DNA of 51,781 nucleotides, taken from NCBI GenBank assembly GCA_016235455.1, contig JACRKZ010000140.1:1-51781 (forward strand). The letters are read 5' to 3'. This document shows positions 36,483 through 46,772 of the stretch, in pieces. The notes under the pieces were generated by a model. It worked only from the letters and a program-made list of their open reading frames with translations. It did not search any database and was not told the DNA's origin. Every line of letters starts with the position of its first letter. Position 1 is the stretch's first letter. The position numbers and the translations under genes are program-made. The DNA comes from Armatimonadota bacterium. GTDB taxonomy: Bacteria; Armatimonadota; UBA10988.

Positions 36483-37593
36483 GGTGGACTCCATTGCCGC
36501 GATGGCGCCAGCAGACCACGCCGCGGCGGTTGATGTCGCAGGGCAGCACGCGCACGCCCTGCAGGCGGTCGAGCGCGCGGACCACCCAGCCCACGGAGTC
36601 GGGCTCGGCCAGCAGCGTGATGGTCCCGCCCATGCCGGCGCCGTTGACGTTGGCCGCGCGCACACCCAGGCCCCGAGCCATGGCCACTACGTCGTGCATG
36701 ATGGGCAGGATCATCTGGGGATGCAGCAGGTGCTGTGCCTGCCAGGTGAGGTCGAGCGCGGCGCAGAAAGCCTCGAAGTCGCCGGACGTCAACGCGGCCT
36801 GCACACCGGCCTCGGCGCCGGCCAGCAGGTCGAAGGCGCGTACACTGTCGGGATGCCGTTCCTCCAGCCGCTCGAACACGTTCATGTGAGCGGCGTGGCT
36901 GCTGTGCGGCGTACCGAAGTCGACGACGATCATGCCGGCATCGATGGTCTCCAGCAGCAGAGGATTGACATCCACCGGCCGGATCTCGATGGCCTCGCGA
37001 TCGCCTTCGAAGCGTGTGTGGTAGTTGGCGATGCCGCCGTGCACCGCCGCAGACTGGTCCTGGAACCCGCAGCTCATGCCCAGCACGTAGGTCTCCGGCA
37101 GGCGCGCGGCATAGATCAGGTCGGTATCGCTCAGGGTGCGGCCGGCGGCCTCGGCCAGCACGCGGACCAGCGTCACCTGCAGCGCGGCCGAGGTGCCAAG
37201 GCCGGTCGCCGCGGGGATGCCCTTGGCGGTGCAGCGCAACTCGAGGCCCGCCGGCGGCTGCGCCGCGTGGAGCAGCGCACGGATCATCGCGTGCGGCTCA
37301 TCGGGCCGCGGCGGCATGGCCAGTTCGCGCGGGGTGAGCCGCAGTTGCAGGTCGACATCGGGCGCCAGCAACGTGATGTGGTCGCGGTCGTCGCCCAGGC
37401 GGAGCGAGGTGGAGGCACTGGCGGTCAGGGCCACGTTGGTGCAATCGCCGCCGCCGCCGCGCGGCACATCGCGCCAGCCGCTGAGCATCCAGCGCATGGG
37501 CGCCCGCGCCATGACCGTCTCGCCGGGCTCCAGGAACAGGCCGTCGCCGAACAACGGGTACAGCGCCGCAAAACGCTCACTCGAAGACATCAT
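36469..37593 (-). CDS. GHMP family sugar kinase (HddA / heptose-7-phosphate kinase-like)
   Basis: ARAPMR, PAATGLGTSAA, GFQDQ..AVHGG, NGAGMGG. Confidence 0.82.
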   Translation of the reverse strand: MMSSSERFAALYPLFGDGLFLEPGETVMARAPMRWMLSGWRDVPRGGGGDCTNVALTASASTSLRLGDDRDHITLLAPDVDLQLRLTPRELAMPPRPDEPHAMIRALLHAAQPPAGLELRCTAKGIPAATGLGTSAALQVTLVRVLAEAAGRTLSDTDLIYAARLPETYVLGMSCGFQDQSAAVHGGIANYHTRFEGDREAIEIRPVDVNPLLLETIDAGMIVVDFGTPHSSHAAHMNVFERLEERHPDSVRAFDLLAGAEAGVQAALTSGDFEAFCAALDLTWQAQHLLHPQMILPIMHDVVAMARGLGVRAANVNGAGMGGTITLLAEPDSVGWVVRALDRLQGVRVLPCDINRRGVVCWRHRGNGVHHDAP

Positions 37594-37646
37594 CATGATG
37601 AGCGGCGCATTGGCCGGCTTGGCGGGCTATCCTTCGGACGGCCCCC

Positions 37647-37680
37647 AAAAACGCCAAGGCCACCGATGTGCCGGTGGCCT
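37647..37680 (-). terminator. Intrinsic terminator
   Basis: AGGCCACCG-6nt-CGGTGGCCT perfect 9-bp stem followed by TGGCGTTTTT on the minus strand. Confidence 0.75.
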
Positions 37681-37814
37681 CAGTGCATAGTCAGCACAGT
37701 CATGAGTTGCGCCGCCTATGATGGTCTGTTCATCGAGGTCTGTCTGCCGCTGGTGCCTTGTCCTTGCGTGTCTTGTGTCTCACACACTGGGATGACACCG
37801 CTGGACTGATGGTA
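37647..37814 (-). ncRNA. Candidate structured small RNA or cis-regulatory leader
   Basis: Sigma28-like promoter upstream, 5'/3' closing stem, six RGACM motifs and a terminator; lower GC than the flanking CDSs. Confidence 0.45.
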
Positions 37815-37820
37815 CATAGA

Positions 37821-37847
37821 GCATCGGCCAGCGGAAACGGCTATTTC
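37821..37847 (-). promoter_or_regulatory. Putative sigma28-like promoter
   Basis: GAAA(37847-44)-N15-GCCGATGC(37828-21). Confidence 0.45.
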
Positions 37848-37872
37848 GCCCAGGGGTAACGCGTATGCAACA

Positions 37873-39168
37873 TCAGGCCGTCGATTTGCAGATCGCGAAG
37901 GCTTCGCGCGCCGCGGCGAGGGTGGTGGCCACCGCTTGCGCGTCGTGCGCCAGCCCCGGGAACCAGGCCTCGAACTGCGATGGCGGCAGGTAGACGCCGC
38001 GCTCGAGCATGGCCCAGAAGAACGCGGCGAACCGCGCCGTGCTGGCCTGCTTGGCCGTGGCATAATCGGTCACCGGCTGGTCGGTGAAGAAGGCGGTGAA
38101 CATGCTGCCCGCGCGGTTGACGACCAGCGGCACACCGGCGGCCGCCGCGGCATCGGCCAGCCCGTCGGCCAGACGGGCCGAGGTGGCTTCGAGCTGCTCA
38201 TACACGCCTGGCTGGGCCAGCGCGCGCAGGGTCGTCAGGCCCGCGCTGACGGCCACGGGGTTGCCGGCCAAGGTGCCAGCCTGATAGATCGGGCCGGCCG
38301 GCGCGATCTGGCGCATGAGGTCGGCGCGCCCACCATAGGCCGCCAGCGGATAGCCGCCGCCGATGACCTTGCCGAGCATGGTCAGATCAGGCTTGATGGC
38401 ATCCCGGCCCTGCACACCGCCGCGCGCCACGCGGAACCCGGTCATCACCTCGTCGAAGATGAGCAGCACGCCGTAGCGGTCGCACAGCAGGCGCAGGCCA
38501 GCCAGCCAGCCACGGCCCAGGTCGACCACACCCATGTTGCCAGCCACCGGCTCGACGATGATGGCGCCGATCTTCTCGCCGTGGCCAGCCAGCACCGTCT
38601 CCACCGCGTCCAGGTCGCCATACGGCAGCGACCAGGTCAGCGCGGCCAGTTCGGGCGGCACACCAGGCGAATCGGGCAGGCCAAGCGTGGCCACGCCAGA
38701 CCCGGCGGCGACCAGCAGGCTATCGGCGTGGCCGTGGTAGCAGCCGTCGAACTTGATCAGCCCCATGCGGCCCGTGGCGCCGCGCGCCAGGCGCACGACG
38801 GCCATGCCGGCCTCGGTGCCCGAGCAGACCAGGCGCACGACCTCGATGCTCGGTACCGCCTCGACGATGGCCTCGGCCAGCTCCACCTCCAGCGGCGATG
38901 GCGCGCCGAAGCTCGACCCGGCGGCCACGGCGGTCTGCGCGCTGGCCGTCACGTCGGGGTGGGCATGGCCCAGGATCAGCGGGCCCCAGCTCATCACGTA
39001 GTCGACATAGCGGTTGCCGTCGACATCGGTGAGATAGGCTCCGCTGCCCGAGGCGAAGAAGCGGGGTTGGCCGCCGACGCCGCGGAAGGCGCGCACAGGG
39101 CTGTTCACACCGCCGGGCAGGCGTTGGCCGGCGCGCACCCAGAGGGCGTCGGAGCGCGAGGTATCCAT
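37873..39168 (-). CDS. hemL: Glutamate-1-semialdehyde 2,1-aminomutase
   Basis: [58 protein letters not shown]. Confidence 0.97.
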   Translation of the reverse strand: MDTSRSDALWVRAGQRLPGGVNSPVRAFRGVGGQPRFFASGSGAYLTDVDGNRYVDYVMSWGPLILGHAHPDVTASAQTAVAAGSSFGAPSPLEVELAEAIVEAVPSIEVVRLVCSGTEAGMAVVRLARGATGRMGLIKFDGCYHGHADSLLVAAGSGVATLGLPDSPGVPPELAALTWSLPYGDLDAVETVLAGHGEKIGAIIVEPVAGNMGVVDLGRGWLAGLRLLCDRYGVLLIFDEVMTGFRVARGGVQGRDAIKPDLTMLGKVIGGGYPLAAYGGRADLMRQIAPAGPIYQAGTLAGNPVAVSAGLTTLRALAQPGVYEQLEATSARLADGLADAAAAAGVPLVVNRAGSMFTAFFTDQPVTDYATAKQASTARFAAFFWAMLERGVYLPPSQFEAWFPGLAHDAQAVATTLAAAREAFAICKSTA

Positions 39169-39186
39169 GCATTGACTCCGCGTGGG

Positions 39187-39795
39187 CTAGACCAGCGTAA
39201 AGAGCAGCCAGGCGAACGTGGCGATCGTGGCCAGGCCCACAAGGATGCCGCCGCCGCAGCCCGACTTCTTGGCCGTGGCCTTGGCGCCACCGCTCTGCTG
39301 TTGCTTGAGTTCGCTCAGCGCGCCGGCCAGCGGGTCACTCGAGGCCTGCTTCTTGCCGGGCAGGTCCATCTCCAGGTTGAGGATGTCGATCGAGCCCAGC
39401 CCGCCGGGCATCACCGCGGAACTGCCGTCCGTGGTGACCTGGGCGGCAGCGGCCTTGGTCTGCTCGAACGCCGCCTGCGCCTTGGCGTGGTTGGGGTTGT
39501 TGAGCAGCGCCACGTGGAACATGCTGTTGGCTTCGCGTAGGCGGCCGAGCTTGACCATGGCCACGCCGGCGTAGAACGGGTACTCCGCCGAGGCGCCGTC
39601 GAGGTCGCAGGCCTTCTCGAATTCGCGCACGGCGTCGGCCCACTTGTCGCGCTTGCCCCAGCACATGCCCAGGTACATGTGCAGGTCGGCCCGCGTGGGC
39701 TCCTCCTCGACTGCCTGCCGCAGCAGCGGCATGGCTTCCTCGTTCTGGCCGGACCGGTACAGGGCGATGCCCTTCTCGGCGGGTGACTGCGCCAT
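39187..39795 (-). CDS. TPR protein with C-terminal membrane anchor
   Basis: Three TPRs (HMYLGMCW...EFEKAC; FYAGVAMVKLG) and a hydrophobic C-terminus after KKSGCGG; AAGGAG RBS. Confidence 0.75.
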   Translation of the reverse strand: MAQSPAEKGIALYRSGQNEEAMPLLRQAVEEEPTRADLHMYLGMCWGKRDKWADAVREFEKACDLDGASAEYPFYAGVAMVKLGRLREANSMFHVALLNNPNHAKAQAAFEQTKAAAAQVTTDGSSAVMPGGLGSIDILNLEMDLPGKKQASSDPLAGALSELKQQQSGGAKATAKKSGCGGGILVGLATIATFAWLLFTLV

Positions 39796-39836
39796 CAATC
39801 GCTCCTTGATCGTGTCGGTCGTTCGGAAAGGCTGCG

Positions 39837-41354
39837 CTACTGCGCGGTGATGTTCAGCGTCGGCGCGCCGGGCGCCACCAGCACGCCACGGCGGAAGCGT
39901 CCGCTGTCGCCGGCGGCCAGCGCCAGTCCGTTGAGCGTGACCTGATGACCGCGGGCGATGCGGCCGGAGGCCAGCACTTCCACGGGTGTGTCACGGTCGA
40001 GCAGCCGCTCGAGCACGCTGGCGGCCTCGCCGCGGGTCAGCGTCTGGGTCGGCTGGAAGCGGTTCTCGCCAAAGCCCACGGCGAACATGCGGCCCTGGCC
40101 GTCGGCCGAGCCACTGGTGGCTACCGCCACGTAGCCAATGGCCCAGCGCGGCACGTCCTGGGCGTCGTCGAAGCCCAGCACTTCGTTCATGCGGGCCTGC
40201 GCCTGCTCGGCCAGGCCGGCCGCGCGCACCACCATGACCGTGTTCTCAACGCGGCTGATAGGCGCCGACGGCTCGAACCGACGGCCGGGATAGCCCTTGA
40301 CGATGCCCCGCTCCTCGGCGGCGGCGACGTACGGCTGATACCAGGCGTCGGCCTTGACGTCGCGGAACTTGGACACCAGGTCGCGCGGCAGCGGCGTCAC
40401 GGTGACCACATTGACCGTACCGTCGAGCGTCTGCTCCACGCGCTGCTCGTCGGACACCTTGATCTCGTAGCGGTAGACGCCCAAGGGCACGGGGCTGCCG
40501 GCATCGTCGCGGCCGTCCCAGATGAGTTGATGCGTGCCGGCGGGCAGCGCCCAGGCCTTGGCCAGCGCACGCACCGGGCGGTTGCCGGGGCTGTAGAGCG
40601 TCACGTTCACGTCGGCTGGCCGGCGCAGCAGGAGGCTCAGGTTGACGCGGTCGCGAAGACCGGCCAACTGCTGGGTGGCGACGATCATCTTCGTCGCCTG
40701 CGCCCGCGTGACGGCCGCGCCGGGCCGGAACGCGCCATCGGGGAAGCCGCTGACCACGCCCAGGCCGATGAGCCGTTCATACAGCTCCTGGCCGGGCTCG
40801 GCGCCCAGGTCGATGAGCGGCTTGGGCAGTGCCGCCGAGGCGATCATGACATCCGGCACGGCGAACGCGGCGAGCAGCGGCACGCTGACCACCTCGGTGC
40901 CCGCAGGCTGGCCCAGACGCGGCTCGCCCATGCCGGCCGACCGCACTTCAGGCGTCGCCGACAGGGTCGTGCCTTCCAGGGTGGTGGCGACGCGGGCCTG
41001 CACCGAAACACCCGTCTCCTGGTCAGCGGCCAGGCTGGTCAGCTGCCAGACGAACCGGCGCTGAGCGGCCTCGTAGCGCACGCCCGGCGAGAAGGCCTGC
41101 GGCACCGGCTCCAGACCGGTGGGCAACGGCTGCGCGACGGTGACGGCGCGCTCGTCGCCCGGTCCCAGGTTGCGGCACAACAGCGTGAGCGTCACGACGT
41201 CGTCTGGTACGGCGCGCGGCTTGTCCACCAGGGCACGCACCTGAAGGCCCGTGCGCACCTGCCGGCCCGCCACCGCCACCGGCGTGGGCTCGGGCGCACC
41301 GTGAGCCGCCACGACGGCCAGAACTGGCGCCACCAACCATGCCACTCGCTTCAT
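39837..41354 (-). CDS. Secreted SLH-domain protein with DUF11 and FlgD-Ig-like domains
   Basis: Signal peptide; VDKPRAVPDDVVTLTL..RNLG; GFPDGAFRPGAAVTRAQ; WDGRDDAGSPVPLGVY; FRDVKADAWY...GYPGRRFEP; FDDAQDVPRWA...LTRGEA. Confidence 0.85.
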   Translation of the reverse strand: MKRVAWLVAPVLAVVAAHGAPEPTPVAVAGRQVRTGLQVRALVDKPRAVPDDVVTLTLLCRNLGPGDERAVTVAQPLPTGLEPVPQAFSPGVRYEAAQRRFVWQLTSLAADQETGVSVQARVATTLEGTTLSATPEVRSAGMGEPRLGQPAGTEVVSVPLLAAFAVPDVMIASAALPKPLIDLGAEPGQELYERLIGLGVVSGFPDGAFRPGAAVTRAQATKMIVATQQLAGLRDRVNLSLLLRRPADVNVTLYSPGNRPVRALAKAWALPAGTHQLIWDGRDDAGSPVPLGVYRYEIKVSDEQRVEQTLDGTVNVVTVTPLPRDLVSKFRDVKADAWYQPYVAAAEERGIVKGYPGRRFEPSAPISRVENTVMVVRAAGLAEQAQARMNEVLGFDDAQDVPRWAIGYVAVATSGSADGQGRMFAVGFGENRFQPTQTLTRGEAASVLERLLDRDTPVEVLASGRIARGHQVTLNGLALAAGDSGRFRRGVLVAPGAPTLNITAQ

Positions 41355-41380
41355 GTTCCGCACCTCTCACCCAGACTGCA

Positions 41381-41410
41381 AGTATAGAAGCTCGGCGCCC
41401 GCGGCGTCAA
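41381..41410 (-). promoter_or_regulatory. Putative sigma70-type promoter of the SLH-TPR-hemL unit
   Basis: TTGACG-N18-TATACT. Confidence 0.6.
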
Positions 41411-41427
41411 CGCGCATAGCGGCATCG

Positions 41428-41470
41428 GAAACGGTCCCTGACACCGTTTCGCCCCGTTTCGGCGTGGGGC
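41428..41470. repeat. REP-like palindrome plus GC hairpin
   Basis: GAAACGGT-CCCTGAC-ACCGTTTC (41428-50), then GCCCC-N10-GGGGC (41451-70). Confidence 0.55.
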
Positions 41471-42598
41471 CTAGAGCGCGATGCCGACCGCGCGGCAGCG
41501 CTCGGCGAAGGTGGCCAGCGGGCCGCGCCAGGCGGCCCAGAGGTCGTCGGGCGCCACGCCGTCGAGCAGCGCGTCGACCAGTGTGGCATCGTCGAAGCGG
41601 GCCGCCAGCGAGCCGCGGTTGATCTCGAACGCCTCGCCGCCGATGCGACGCATCAGGTCGATCAGGTGCAGGCCCAGCCGTGGCCCGTCGAACGCGTGCC
41701 GGTCGGTGATGTGGATCTGCATACCGCCGCAGATCTGTCCCTCGGCCTTGGAGAAGGTGGGGCAGAACGATGCGGGCCGCGCCAATACGCCGGGCAGGCT
41801 GCGGGCATTGAGTTCCTGGGCCAGCCGGTGCCCGTCCAGCCAGGGAGCGCCGAGCAGTTCGAACGGCCGGGTGGTGCCCCGGCCCTCGCTGGCGTTGGTG
41901 CCTTCCAGCAGCACGGTGGCGCCGAAGCAGAGCACGCTGTCGAGGGTTGGTAGGTTGGGCGACGGCAGCACCCACATGAGTCCGGTCTCGTCGTACCAGG
42001 CCGTGCGCGGCGCGGCGCACAGCGGCACGATGGTCAGGTCGACCGACCAGCCCAGCTCCGCCGCCGTCAGCCGCAGCAACTCGCCGTGGCTCAGGCCGAC
42101 GCGCATGGGCAGCGGGATCCGCGCGAAGTGGCCCGCGGCCACGTTGCCCGACTGCACGGTGCCGCCGAGCGGTGTCGGCCGGTCGAGCAGAATCATCGGG
42201 CGGCCGGCCTCGGCGCAGGTCTCCAGGCAGCCGCTGAGCGTCAGCGCGAAAGTGTAGGGCCGCGCGCTGGCATCCTGCAGGCAGCCGACGACGACGTCGA
42301 TATCGTCGAGCATGGCCACGGTGGGTCGCGCGGCGGCGCCATAGAGGCTGTGGACTGGCACGCCGCAGCGCGGGTCCACGCCGTCGGCCACGTGCACGCC
42401 AGCCTGCAGGTCCCCCCAAATGCCGTGTTCTGGTGCGAACAGCGCACGCAGCAGACCGTGCTCGGCCAACGTCTCGGCCACATGGCCCACGCCGTCCATC
42501 CAGCCCGTGGGGCCGGTCACCAGCCCGACGCGCCGTCCGCCGATGGCGCGCTGTAGCGCCGGCCAACCGCAATCCATCCCGCCTCTCCCGGAGCCCAC
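41471..42598 (-). CDS. DUF1343 / NamZ-like exo-beta-N-acetylmuramidase
   Basis: LFAPEHGIWG, VHSLYG, LDRPTP, WVLPSPNLPT, LLEGTNASEGRGTTRPFELLGAPW. Confidence 0.9.
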   Translation of the reverse strand: MGSGRGGMDCGWPALQRAIGGRRVGLVTGPTGWMDGVGHVAETLAEHGLLRALFAPEHGIWGDLQAGVHVADGVDPRCGVPVHSLYGAAARPTVAMLDDIDVVVGCLQDASARPYTFALTLSGCLETCAEAGRPMILLDRPTPLGGTVQSGNVAAGHFARIPLPMRVGLSHGELLRLTAAELGWSVDLTIVPLCAAPRTAWYDETGLMWVLPSPNLPTLDSVLCFGATVLLEGTNASEGRGTTRPFELLGAPWLDGHRLAQELNARSLPGVLARPASFCPTFSKAEGQICGGMQIHITDRHAFDGPRLGLHLIDLMRRIGGEAFEINRGSLAARFDDATLVDALLDGVAPDDLWAAWRGPLATFAERCRAVGIAL

Positions 42599-42605
42599 TT
42601 CGCCA

Positions 42606-45032
<2,427 letters not shown>

Positions 45033-45082
45033 CCTGTGGGTCCGTCGTCGCTGTAGGGTCAATCGGCCGCTGGCCTGGTTGC

Positions 45083-45937
45083 TTAACCCCGCGTCACGAT
45101 CGAGCCGCCCGCCGCCACGATCACCGGCTGGCCAGCCGGCCCGAGCCAGCAGCGCTGATCGGGGTATTTGGCCGCGCAGTACTCGGTGAACCGGGTCGGG
45201 TCCTCGCGATTGCCGTCGAACATGTCGAAGTGCGCCGGCACGGCCAGGCCCACGGGCAACATGCTGACCAGGTCGCAGGCCTCGGCGAAGGTCATGTTGC
45301 CGATGCAGTTGCGCCGGTAACGCTCGGCGTCGCGCCCGTTGATGGGTACGAACGCCACATCGATGGGCAGTTGCTCGGCCAATGCCGCCTGCAGCCCTTC
45401 CCACCAGACCGTGTCGCCACTGGTGTAGGCGGTGACGCCATTGCCGCGCATCACGTAGCCCAGGTACGGGTACAGACCGTCCGCGGTGCGGTCCAGGAAC
45501 TCGTGCGCGCTGGCCACCGCGGTGATGGTCACGTCGCGCACGGTAGCCGTTTCACCAGCGTTGAGCGCCACCAGTCGCGACTCGGGCACGCCCAGGTCGA
45601 CCATGCGCTGGCGCACGGCGCGCGGCGCGACAAAGACCGCCTGCGTCTGCTCGGCCAGTTGCGGGATGGCCCACGGGTCGATGTGGTCGGTATGGTCGTG
45701 CGTACAGACCATGACATCGAGGTCGGCGCACTCGGCGGGCGTGAGCAGTGGCGGCTTGTTGCGGTGCGGGCTGGGCTGGAGATACGGATCGCAGAACACC
45801 GTGGTCTGGCCCAGCTTGAGCAGGTAGGTGATCTGCCCGAACCACCAGAACGCCGCCTGACCCGCGGTCAGGTGGGTGTCGCGGATCGACCGCAGTAGTG
45901 CCTCGTGCTGGTTGGCAACGCTGGTATGATCGCACAT
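45083..45937 (-). CDS. MBL-fold metallo-hydrolase (UlaG-like)
   Basis: WWFGQ, DPYL, THDHTDHID, SGDT, VPINGR, VPAHFDMF. Start uncertain. Confidence 0.85.
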   Translation of the reverse strand: MCDHTSVANQHEALLRSIRDTHLTAGQAAFWWFGQITYLLKLGQTTVFCDPYLQPSPHRNKPPLLTPAECADLDVMVCTHDHTDHIDPWAIPQLAEQTQAVFVAPRAVRQRMVDLGVPESRLVALNAGETATVRDVTITAVASAHEFLDRTADGLYPYLGYVMRGNGVTAYTSGDTVWWEGLQAALAEQLPIDVAFVPINGRDAERYRRNCIGNMTFAEACDLVSMLPVGLAVPAHFDMFDGNREDPTRFTEYCAAKYPDQRCWLGPAGQPVIVAAGGSIVTRG

Positions 45938-45978
45938 CGCAAGGGCTCCCGTGCCGAGCATACATCAGGAGAGCGCGT

Positions 45979-46740
45979 TTGTCGGTCCTGCTAGACCTGG
46001 CCTATGCCGGCGATCATCCCAGGCAGCGCCTGGATCTGTACCTGCCCGATGGGCCACACACCGGCCCGCTGGTGGTGTTCTGCCATGGCGGGGCATGGCT
46101 CAGCGGCGATCGGTCCGACGTGGCGCACGTCGGCCGGTTCCTGGCCGGCAACGGCTGCGTCGTGGTCTGTCCCAGCTACCGGCTGGCACCAGAGCACAGG
46201 TTCCCCGCGCAGGCGCACGACGTGGTCAGCGCGCTGGTCTGGCTGGCGGCGGCGGCGGCGCCGCTGGGCCTTGACCGTGCGCCGCTGGTGCTGGCTGGGC
46301 ACAGCGCCGGCGCCCAGTTGGCCACGCTGCTGGCGCTCGATCCGCGATGGTTGCCGGCGAGCATCGAGCCAGCCGGGGTGGTCGGATTGTGCGGCGTGTA
46401 TGACCTGGTGGCCGCGGCGGGCAGCCGCTGGATGCGCAGCACCATGCTGCAGCCGGCGCTGGGCGACGACCCCGACCTGTGGCGCGAGGCCTCGCCCGTG
46501 ACCCACGCGCGGTCGCACCCGGCACGGTTCTGGCTGCACAACGCGCAGGTCGACTGGGGCTTGCACCGCCATACGGCGGCGCTGGCCGCGGCGCTGGCGG
46601 CCCACGGCACCGCGGTGCAAACCACGGTGGCCGAGGGCCGGCATCACCTTGACCTCGTGGCGCACCTGGGCGACGAGGGCGATGCCACCAGCGGGCTGTT
46701 GCTGGGCTTCCTGCGGTCGCTGGCAGGTGGCTCGCCGTGA
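45979..46740 (+). CDS. Alpha/beta hydrolase (HSL/esterase-like)
   Basis: LDLYLP, HGGAW, YRLAP, GHSAG nucleophile; AGGAGA precedes TTG 45979. Confidence 0.85.
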   Translation: MSVLLDLAYAGDHPRQRLDLYLPDGPHTGPLVVFCHGGAWLSGDRSDVAHVGRFLAGNGCVVVCPSYRLAPEHRFPAQAHDVVSALVWLAAAAAPLGLDRAPLVLAGHSAGAQLATLLALDPRWLPASIEPAGVVGLCGVYDLVAAAGSRWMRSTMLQPALGDDPDLWREASPVTHARSHPARFWLHNAQVDWGLHRHTAALAAALAAHGTAVQTTVAEGRHHLDLVAHLGDEGDATSGLLLGFLRSLAGGSP

Positions 46741-46772
46741 GCGTTCAATGTGAGCGGTCGGGAGGCGTGGTG

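Noticed and set aside
37716-37817. 33-aa ORF MYHQSSGVIPVCETQDTQGQGTSGRQTSMNRPS inside the candidate RNA
   Set aside because: No SD, ATG only 3 nt from the putative -10, and codon usage unlike the host genes; kept only as an alternative hypothesis.
45033-45404. N-terminal extension of the histidine kinase ORF
   Set aside because: Overlaps the MBL hydrolase in another frame and has low-complexity composition.
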